Below are positions 33,835-40,649 of a stretch of 64,000 nucleotides of DNA, in pieces. Under the pieces are notes generated by a model, which made no database searches, was not told the DNA's origin, and saw only the letters and a list, made by a program, of their open reading frames with translations. The stretch is from Candidatus Caccoplasma intestinavium (GTDB lineage Bacteria > Bacteroidota > Bacteroidia > Bacteroidales > UBA11471): the NCBI GenBank assembly GCA_018715885.1, contig DVKT01000045.1, forward strand, positions 5,526 through 69,525. The letters are read 5' to 3'. Each line of letters begins with the position of its first letter. The stretch's first letter is position 1. The translations under genes and the position numbers were made by a program.

Positions 33835-35832
33835 TTAGTACAGATTCAAGGTTTCTTCCTCTTCCATGTCCGGAACGGCAGGTTTTACTTCAACAGCCTC
33901 GATGTCTTCTATGTCATGGGCTTGCAGGCGGCGGGTCTGTTTGTGAACTTTGTTTTGTCCCCGGCTGTCGCATAAAAGCAGGCGGGCAGCAACATCGAGT
34001 TGCGGGTTGTCATTGAAAAGCTGTTCCACTTTCCGGTCCACGTCGCTGCGTTTCCGGGCGATATCCGCTTCAAGGTGTTTGTTGAACTGTCGCACCCGTG
34101 CGAGTGCTTCGGCGTCCCCCTCTTTGCGTTCGGCAAGCGCCATCGGTTGAACATGTTTCTGCTCGAGCATGAAACGCAGCGTTCCGTCCTCGTTCACCGC
34201 GAGCACATGGTCGAGATTGTCAGGATCGTACTTGACCGACCAACGGACATGCGCGTACTCCCGGAACTTGGGATCGAAACAATCGTAATCCCGTTTTATC
34301 CCGCCGATCGTCGGGCGTAATCCCGTCCCTTCGATGGCGTTGCGGAAACCGGTTTCTGCACCGAAAGCGAGTAGGTACTGTTCTTCGGAAAGGGGCAACT
34401 TGCGCTCCTCGGGCAGTTCGGCAAATAGTCTCACATATTCCGCGCGTTTCTCGGCGCGTTCCTTTTCGATGAAACTCGCGAGTAGCCGCCGGCACTCCTC
34501 CTCGGTAGGGAATTCGTGGCGGTTCTTGTTCAGAAATTCACTGTTGGGTTGGCGGTTCTTGTCCGAGGTGATGCCGAAGCCCGACCAGTTTTCATAAAAC
34601 TGGCAATACTTTTTATTGAAATACCCGAAAAACGGTTCGATAACCTTTGCCTTCGCATTGTGCGCCCGGGCGGGTGTGTACTGCGCTCCCATGACTTGAT
34701 ATATCGGGGTGAGGTTGCCCCGCCCGTAGTTGTCGCTCTGCAACTGATTGACACGGTATCGCTGTCCGAAAAGTTCGGCGGTGTGGTTCGCAGCATTGCG
34801 GAGGGCGGCTTTAATGAGTTCGTGGGTCTCACGCTCGCCGATCGCATACCCGACCGGGTAATTGAGACAGGGGTCGAGAACGATTACAATCGTGAGACGG
34901 TTCGTGTAGGTTGTAACCGTGCGCCCGTTGCGGGTCTCCGTCTTTTGATAGAGCAGCTCCGCCGTCCAGCCGTCCGTCGTCCAATACAGGAGAGGCAATG
35001 TCGGGCGGGAACGTTTCACCTGCATGCTCTTTTGGTTGCGGAACCGGGTTTCCCCGAGACGGCCGCCCGATATCAACAGATCGTATTTTTCCCGACGTGT
35101 ACGGATGGCACTTACGGTTATTTTCTTCCAGCCGAGATGCTCACCGATGCAGTTGTACAGCATGGCTACTTGCTCGTTGTCGAAATTACGAGGGTCTGAC
35201 AATAACCTGACAATCACCCCGTCCTGCTCTTCCGTGATCACTTTGGCCGCATTGCGGGTCCCGTATTTGCCTGTTACCAAAACAGGATAGCCTTCGCGCA
35301 AATACCGGTTGAATTTTTCCTGCAACCTGCGCGGGTTTCCCGGCAGGGAGTGCGGAAATGCATCAGCGATCCGCGGCAATGCCTCTGCCGCCTTGCGCCA
35401 GAACTCACATTTATTGATGCATCGCTTGCTTTGCCTGCGGTGCTGGCTGTCCGACCGTTCCAAAACGGTACGGAAGGCATTCAGTACAGCCGCATTATTG
35501 GCGTACTCGGTCTGTTTTTCCGTCGGCAAGAATTTACCGTCGTCCAATCGGTAGGTCTGGAAAAAATGCAAAGCGGCACCGTCCGGCTCTATGCTCTCCA
35601 TAAATGGTCTGCTTTCCGCTTGGGCTTTCATGTCCGGGTAACGGTGGTAAACCTCTGTTTTATATTTCAAGGGGAGACTATCGACAGCATACAAGGCTGG
35701 ACTATTATTACAACCACGACGTACACGATCTACTTTTCCTGTAGAGTTCCACCAATCAATCAAAGACTTACTAACTATGCCGTCTGTAAGTTCTGCGTGG
35801 CTGATACATAATTTGTTGTTATAGTACTCCAT
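33835..35832 (-). CDS. DDE transposase (MuA-like, rve-type core)
   Basis: 665 aa. Candidate catalytic residues are in IVLDPCLNYPVGY (D), LQSDNYGRG (D) and AKVIEPFFGYF (E). Confidence 0.85.
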   Translation of the reverse strand: MEYYNNKLCISHAELTDGIVSKSLIDWWNSTGKVDRVRRGCNNSPALYAVDSLPLKYKTEVYHRYPDMKAQAESRPFMESIEPDGAALHFFQTYRLDDGKFLPTEKQTEYANNAAVLNAFRTVLERSDSQHRRQSKRCINKCEFWRKAAEALPRIADAFPHSLPGNPRRLQEKFNRYLREGYPVLVTGKYGTRNAAKVITEEQDGVIVRLLSDPRNFDNEQVAMLYNCIGEHLGWKKITVSAIRTRREKYDLLISGGRLGETRFRNQKSMQVKRSRPTLPLLYWTTDGWTAELLYQKTETRNGRTVTTYTNRLTIVIVLDPCLNYPVGYAIGERETHELIKAALRNAANHTAELFGQRYRVNQLQSDNYGRGNLTPIYQVMGAQYTPARAHNAKAKVIEPFFGYFNKKYCQFYENWSGFGITSDKNRQPNSEFLNKNRHEFPTEEECRRLLASFIEKERAEKRAEYVRLFAELPEERKLPLSEEQYLLAFGAETGFRNAIEGTGLRPTIGGIKRDYDCFDPKFREYAHVRWSVKYDPDNLDHVLAVNEDGTLRFMLEQKHVQPMALAERKEGDAEALARVRQFNKHLEADIARKRSDVDRKVEQLFNDNPQLDVAARLLLCDSRGQNKVHKQTRRLQAHDIEDIEAVEVKPAVPDMEEEETLNLY

Positions 35833-35848
35833 GATACTGTCTTTATCT

Positions 35849-35890
35849 TGCTCCCGCCGGGGACTTGAACCCCGGTGTATGCCGTTCGGG
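35849..35890 (-). other. tRNA 3-prime-half-like fragment (T-arm plus acceptor strand)
   Basis: The reverse complement is CCCGAACGGCATACA-CCGGGG-TTCAAGT-CCCCGG-CGGGAGCA. No matching 5-prime acceptor strand or anticodon arm lies upstream, where the sequence runs into the PAPS-reductase-like stop codon. Confidence 0.4.
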
Positions 35891-35891
35891 A

Positions 35892-36611
35892 TTATTGATT
35901 TTCCGATCGAAACTTTTCTTGCAAATCAAACACCGTGTAGTTGTATTTTATCGGTCTGTTGGTTCGTTCTTGCATTTTCAGCAAACGCTGCCAGTATTCC
36001 GGCAGATAGGTGTAAATATTGCGTAACTCTTTTAGGTTCTTATTGGAACAACAGAAACAACTCACTCTATCCAATAAATCATAAAGTCGGTATCCATTCT
36101 CAATCCATTCGTATCCTTTAGAATAGCAATACTGCAACGTATCTTTTTCTGTCAGCCCCCAATCAACAAGTGGCAGACGTCTGTTTGGATGTTGATTTTT
36201 CAATATTCTGCATTGCTCGTCTGCGGCAATAGCAACATAGTAAATGTTATCTCCGATGTGCTGTTTTAGGGCTTTCAATTTTGCTGTTGTTCCCCAGCGG
36301 CAAGTGCCACCACACCAAGAATATCCCAAATGTGCTCCGTTTCTTCCGCTTACTGGTTTTTCAAAAGCGACATAATCAAATGGCATATCGGGATATAATT
36401 CTGTATATTTGATGCTATTATCTTTCAATAAAGGCAAAACTTTATCTCGAGTGTCATATATAGCTTTAAACTCTTTGCCCGTATTGTAAAAGACAACCTC
36501 ATCCAATGGCTTTTTATTAGCAATCAAAATCAACAACATAGCCAAACTATCTTTACCAAAACTCACACTGGCAATGTGTTTTTTATCGGGAAACATGAGG
36601 GATGTCATCAT
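35892..36611 (-). CDS. PAPS-reductase / PP-loop ATP-pyrophosphatase family protein
   Basis: The start MMTSLMFPDKK overlaps the upstream stop. The PP-loop motif is SFGKDS (SGGxDS-like). Cys clusters WCGGTCRW and SCFCCS are present. The gene is visibly AT-rich compared with its neighbours. Confidence 0.75.
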   Translation of the reverse strand: MMTSLMFPDKKHIASVSFGKDSLAMLLILIANKKPLDEVVFYNTGKEFKAIYDTRDKVLPLLKDNSIKYTELYPDMPFDYVAFEKPVSGRNGAHLGYSWCGGTCRWGTTAKLKALKQHIGDNIYYVAIAADEQCRILKNQHPNRRLPLVDWGLTEKDTLQYCYSKGYEWIENGYRLYDLLDRVSCFCCSNKNLKELRNIYTYLPEYWQRLLKMQERTNRPIKYNYTVFDLQEKFRSENQ

Positions 36612-37015
36612 CTTTCGACTATTTGGTTGTAAATCTTCTGTAAGGAATAAAGTACGTCGCCCCACGAGTCGAGTGTCATGTCGTCAAAAGAGGCAAGGAC
36701 TTTCCCATCGATGATGATTTTGGCCATGTTCGTGTGGCGGCTCACTTCCAGCATTACCCTTTGGCCGAACCGCTGCCGCATAATTCCTTTTCCATGATTA
36801 TATTCCGTCACAACCCCTTTGGGCATATATCCATCAGGGTGGCGTTCCCCCGTATAAATCAACCCGCCACGCTCCAATGCGGCGGCACGGAGCATTCTTG
36901 CCCGGTCGCTGTTGCGCTCGTAGTTGAGGGCTCGCCGCAAGTCATTGCGCCCTACCTTGAATTTCTCACGTATTTCACGAAGCTCTGAAACCGGCAATAG
37001 GATTTGTTTTTTCAT
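36608..37015 (-). CDS. First early-operon gene (Ner/Cro position), putative DNA-binding regulator
   Basis: 135 aa, divergent from the repressor. Assigned by position only. Confidence 0.35.
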   Translation of the reverse strand: MKKQILLPVSELREIREKFKVGRNDLRRALNYERNSDRARMLRAAALERGGLIYTGERHPDGYMPKGVVTEYNHGKGIMRQRFGQRVMLEVSRHTNMAKIIIDGKVLASFDDMTLDSWGDVLYSLQKIYNQIVER

Positions 37016-37072
37016 ACATTATTCTCTTTTCCGTTATTTTCTTATCTTTGCTTTGTGGTTACATTGAAACCA

Positions 37073-37109
37073 CTTTGCAAATATACAAAGTACTTTGTAA
37101 TATACAAAG
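37073..37109 (-). promoter_or_regulatory. Early promoter overlapped by two palindromic operators
   Basis: The minus strand has TTTG (37105-37108) and TATATTTG (37078-37085) with a 19-nt spacer. The operators are CTTTGCAAATATACAAAG (37073-37090) and CTTTGTAATATACAAAG (37093-37109). A further dyad GTGGTT-N7-AACCAC lies at ~37056-37074. Confidence 0.55.
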
Positions 37110-37126
37110 AAAAATGTTATTATTTT

Positions 37127-37819
37127 ATGAATGATACAAAGATAAATGTGTCAATACGGTTCGATACTCTTGTTAAAGCATTGGGACATACCGTATCGTC
37201 ATTCGCGCGTGCATTAGGATACGAGCGTAGTGATAAGTTGTACAACATTCAAAAAGGGAAATATTTTCCGAGTTTTGACATCTTGCAAGATATTACAAAG
37301 AACTTTGTAGATGTAAATATAGACTGGTTGATAACAGGTAATGGCGACATGTTTAAGACATGCACAACTCCATTACTCAAAGATGATCAGACAACAGTTG
37401 CGATTGGAACACGCTCGGATAAAAACGAGGGCATTCCGTTGATCCCGATTGACGCAATGGCCGGAATGCTGTCCGGTGACGATCATTCCATAATGGAATA
37501 CGAATGCGAGTATTATGTGATCCCGATGTTCAAAGGGGCAGAGTTCCTTATACAGGTTAAGGGCGACTCGATGCGACCGCAATATTACAGCGGTGATATT
37601 GTGGCGTGTAAGCGATTGCCGCTCGATACGTTCTTTCAATGGAACCGAACCTATGTTATCGACAGCGAGCAGGGTGTACTCATAAAAAAAGTTGAGGCAG
37701 GGAGCGATAACGAACACATTTTGCTCGTGTCCGAAAACAAGGAGTACAGACCGTTTGAAATCGCCAAAGAAAAGATATACTCTCTCGCCCTCGTGATAGG
37801 CGTTGTCCGTGCCGAATAA
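37127..37819 (+). CDS. Phage repressor (HTH plus S24 LexA-like peptidase domain)
   Basis: Start reset to MNDTKINVSIRF. The HTH-like segment is TVSSFARALGYERSDKLYNIQKG. The C-terminal VKGDSMRPQYYSGDIVACKR is the S24 Ser motif, with a Lys further downstream. Confidence 0.85.
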   Translation: MNDTKINVSIRFDTLVKALGHTVSSFARALGYERSDKLYNIQKGKYFPSFDILQDITKNFVDVNIDWLITGNGDMFKTCTTPLLKDDQTTVAIGTRSDKNEGIPLIPIDAMAGMLSGDDHSIMEYECEYYVIPMFKGAEFLIQVKGDSMRPQYYSGDIVACKRLPLDTFFQWNRTYVIDSEQGVLIKKVEAGSDNEHILLVSENKEYRPFEIAKEKIYSLALVIGVVRAE

Positions 37820-38210
37820 GCATTTAATTGGGCCAAAACGCGGCACAACGAGCTTACTTGTCAATAAGTCAAATAATTACAAAACAAATTAAAGCGATAA
37901 AACCCCGTTGATTTTGTGCATTATAGGGGGTCTTATCGCTTAAAATGTGGCTTTTTTGATACCGTTTTTGTCCTTATAGGGGTGTTTACATCATTTATTT
38001 TGATACCCAAAACTATGCCCAACACTATGCCCAACGTGTATTTTAGATATTTTTCCCGCAAAATGAAATGTACAATTTTTTGAAGATATATTTGGGGTAG
38101 AATATAGATTAAATAGAGATTAAAAACAGGTTTTATTTGGTAGGAGAGAATTATTATATCTCTCATAAAACGCCGAAATACAGCCTTTAAAGCATGAATA
38201 AGCACAAAAA

Positions 38211-38237
38211 AGGGCGTAATCGCATGATTTACGCCCT
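38211..38237 (-). terminator. Rho-independent-type terminator reading inward on the minus strand
   Basis: AGGGCGTAA-N9-TTACGCCCT. On the minus strand the hairpin is followed by TTTTTTGTG. Confidence 0.5.
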
Positions 38238-38302
38238 CAGAATTATATCCAAATTATAAACTCAACCATTTGACGGCCTCAAAATTATACCGAAATTATA
38301 GC

Positions 38303-38417
38303 AAATTGTACATTTCATTTTTTTTGCCCCTATTGAACAAATACAAATAACAAACTAATAAACAATAAATTAACAACAGATATCCACAACTTATTTATGT
38401 ACATTTCATTTATCCCC
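38303..38417 (-). repeat. Two end repeats (TGAAATGTACA core), inverted relative to 4862-4906 and spaced 91 bp apart
   Basis: TGTACATTT occurs at 38307-38315 and 38398-38406. A third copy in the opposite orientation lies at 38066-38074. Confidence 0.55.
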
Positions 38418-38534
38418 CCGTATTTATAGACAGAAAAGCATTGGCAAATAATCTTCTTTTTTCGATAAATTGATAGAAAAAGTATTGAAAGTCGGATATT
38501 TTTCTATCTGTATCGTTATTTTTATCGCCTTTTT

Positions 38535-38565
38535 TTTGGAATATTCATATAATGATATACCTTTG
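38535..38565 (+). promoter_or_regulatory. Candidate ilv operon promoter
   Basis: TTTG (38535-38538) and TACCTTTG (38558-38565, TAnnTTTG) with a 19-nt spacer, about 40 nt upstream of the leader ORF. Confidence 0.5.
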
Positions 38566-38603
38566 CAACATCATTACCGATAAGCCATAAAAAGCTTGAT
38601 TAT

Positions 38604-38669
38604 ATGATTAGCACGATTCTGCATATTTTCGATCTACTATCAGTGATTATCGTCGTCGTGGGCGCATGA
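38604..38669 (+). CDS. ilv leader peptide (21 aa, Ile/Val/Leu-rich)
   Basis: ATG ATT AGC ACG ATT CTG CAT ATT TTC GAT CTA CTA TCA GTG ATT ATC GTC GTC GTG GGC GCA TGA translates to MISTILHIFDLLSVIIVVVGA. 12 of the 21 residues are I/L/V, including the run VIIVVV. Confidence 0.7.
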   Translation: MISTILHIFDLLSVIIVVVGA

Positions 38670-38722
38670 TAAAGAAGAAGGGTTATGCAGATGTTTATGT
38701 AAAAACATAAGGATATAACGAC

Positions 38723-38765
38723 AAGGAAAACCTTTCTTCTCAATTTTTGAAGAAAGGTTTTCCTT
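38723..38765 (+). terminator. Attenuator hairpin between the leader peptide and ilvD
   Basis: 17-bp perfect stem AAGGAAAACCTTTCTTC / GAAGAAAGGTTTTCCTT with a 9-nt loop, ending 15 nt before the ilvD ATG. Confidence 0.65.
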
Positions 38766-38780
38766 ATTAATAGGGAATAT

Positions 38781-40613
38781 ATGAAACACGAGTTGCGTAG
38801 TGCGACCTGTACGCAAGGCCGACGAATGGCCGGCGCACGTGCCTTGTGGCGCGCCAACGGCATGAAAGAAGAACAGATAGGACGTCCGGTGATCGCCGTC
38901 GTCAATTCATTTACACAATTTGTACCGGGGCATGTACATTTGCATGAAATCGGTCAGATTGTTAAGTCCGAAATCGAAAAATTCGGTTGTTTCGCAGCCG
39001 AGTTCGATACCATAGCGATCGACGATGGTATCGCTATGGGACATGATGGTATGCTTTATTCGTTGCCTTCCCGGGATTTGATTGCCGATAGTGTCGAGTA
39101 TATGGTAAATGCTCATAAGGCCGACGCTATGGTGTGTATAAGTAATTGCGATAAGATAACGCCCGGTATGCTGATGGCGGCGATGCGGTTGAATATTCCC
39201 GCCGTGTTTGTTTCGGGGGGGCCTATGGAATCGCATAAATACAACGGCGAGAATGCCGACCTTATCACTGCTATGGTAAAGGCGGCGGATACATCGGTAA
39301 GCGATGAGGAAATCGAGAAGATAGAGGCTTGTTCTTGCCCCGGTTGTGGAAGCTGTTCCGGTATGTTTACGGCCAATTCGATGAATTGCCTTACCGAGGC
39401 CATCGGGTTGTCTTTGCCCGGCAACGGTACGATTTTGGCAACGCATGCCAATCGTGTACAACTCTTTCGCGATGCAGCGCAGCTTATTGTGAAGAATGCT
39501 TTAAAATACTATGAAGGAGGTGATGACAGCGTTCTGCCCCGTAGTATTGCCACACGGGCGGCTTTTCTCAATGCCATGACCCTCGATATTGCCATGGGTG
39601 GCTCCACCAATACGGTATTGCATCTTTTGGCTGTAGCCAACGAGGGGGGCGTCGATTTCAAAATGGCCGACATCGACCGCCTGAGCCGTCATGTACCTTG
39701 CCTGTGCAAGTTGTCGCCTAACACGCAGAAATATTCCATACAAGAGTGCAACCGTGCGGGTGGTATTCTCAATATTCTCGGTGAGCTCGATAAAGTCGGT
39801 TTGCTTGATACCTCTTGTCGCCGTGTCAATGGTTCGACATTGGCCGAAGACATCGAAAAATACGACATCGACAAGGCTGTCATCGATCCCGAAGCCCTTC
39901 GTATTTATTCCAGTGCTCCCGGCGGCGTATTCAGCAATAAAATGGGCTCTCAAAACAATACCTATCCTATGCTCGATACCGATAGGGTCGCCGGTTGCAT
40001 ACGCGATGTGGAACACGCATACAGCAAAGACGGCGGTTTGGCCGTACTTTTCGGAAACATCGCCCTCGACGGGTGCGTTGTGAAGACCGCTGGTGTCGAT
40101 GCCGGTATCTGGACGTTTACAGGGCCGGCTCGGGTTTTTGAGTCGCAGGAAGCTGCGTGCGAAGGTATTCTCGGTGGTAAAGTTGCAAGTGGCGATGTTG
40201 TCGTGATTACGTATGAAGGTCCCAAAGGCGGTCCCGGTATGCAGGAAATGCTTTATCCGACATCATATATCAAATCCCGTCATTTGGGTAAGGAATGCGC
40301 ACTCATTACCGACGGACGTTTTTCCGGGGGTACATCGGGCCTTTCTATCGGACATATATCGCCCGAGGCGGCAGCCGGAGGGAACATCGGTTTGGTACGC
40401 GACGGCGATATGATAGAAATAGATATCCCGGCACGCAGCATTCGGGTCAAGGTGTCGGACGAAGAATTGGAACGCCGTCGTGCCGAAGAAGAACAGAGGG
40501 GAAAGAATGCTTTTACTCCTCATGGGCGGGATCGCCATATATCGAAGGCTTTGCGTGCTTATGCGGCTATGGTAAGTTCTGCCGATAAAGGCGCTACCCG
40601 TATCATTGATTAA
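38781..40613 (+). CDS. ilvD: Dihydroxy-acid dehydratase
   Basis: 610 aa. The motifs [26 protein letters not shown] and [12 protein letters not shown] are classic IlvD. Confidence 0.95.
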   Translation: MKHELRSATCTQGRRMAGARALWRANGMKEEQIGRPVIAVVNSFTQFVPGHVHLHEIGQIVKSEIEKFGCFAAEFDTIAIDDGIAMGHDGMLYSLPSRDLIADSVEYMVNAHKADAMVCISNCDKITPGMLMAAMRLNIPAVFVSGGPMESHKYNGENADLITAMVKAADTSVSDEEIEKIEACSCPGCGSCSGMFTANSMNCLTEAIGLSLPGNGTILATHANRVQLFRDAAQLIVKNALKYYEGGDDSVLPRSIATRAAFLNAMTLDIAMGGSTNTVLHLLAVANEGGVDFKMADIDRLSRHVPCLCKLSPNTQKYSIQECNRAGGILNILGELDKVGLLDTSCRRVNGSTLAEDIEKYDIDKAVIDPEALRIYSSAPGGVFSNKMGSQNNTYPMLDTDRVAGCIRDVEHAYSKDGGLAVLFGNIALDGCVVKTAGVDAGIWTFTGPARVFESQEAACEGILGGKVASGDVVVITYEGPKGGPGMQEMLYPTSYIKSRHLGKECALITDGRFSGGTSGLSIGHISPEAAAGGNIGLVRDGDMIEIDIPARSIRVKVSDEELERRRAEEEQRGKNAFTPHGRDRHISKALRAYAAMVSSADKGATRIID

Positions 40614-40649
40614 TGCGGTTGTATCGATAGAAAACGAAGTAGAAAAGTA

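Larger units (their letters stand above)
4848..38432 (-). mobile_element. Mu-like transposable prophage (~33.6 kb); the ends are approximate (+/- ~10 bp)
   Basis: The module set is complete: S24 repressor, DDE transposase, MuB-like ATPase, GemA-like, DUF3164-like, terminase, DUF935-type portal, MuF, G-like, protease/scaffold, capsid, sheath/tube/TMP/baseplate/fibres and lysis. There is no tyrosine or serine integrase. AAATGTACA-core repeats lie in inverted orientation near both ends. Candidate termini are TGTTTATA...TATAGACA. Confidence 0.8.

Noticed and set aside
35849-35890. A second complete tRNA gene
   Set aside because: Only the T-arm and the 3-prime acceptor strand are present. The upstream sequence is the end of the PAPS-reductase-like CDS and cannot form acceptor, D or anticodon stems. 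It is kept only as a fragment or hairpin.
37933-38205. 90-aa minus-strand ORF in the prophage end region
   Set aside because: It is AT-rich and low-complexity; LGIVLGIVLG derives from the 12-bp tandem repeat. It begins immediately downstream of a minus-strand terminator and has no ribosome-binding context.
38012-38302. Possible CRISPR array or retron/DGR-type repeat structure
   Set aside because: There are only two copies of each short repeat, no regular repeat-spacer periodicity, and no cas, reverse-transcriptase or template/variable repeat pair in the window.
38600-38905. 101-aa minus-strand ORF over the ilv leader and the ilvD start
   Set aside because: It overlaps the leader peptide, the attenuator hairpin and the ilvD N-terminus, and nothing supports it.
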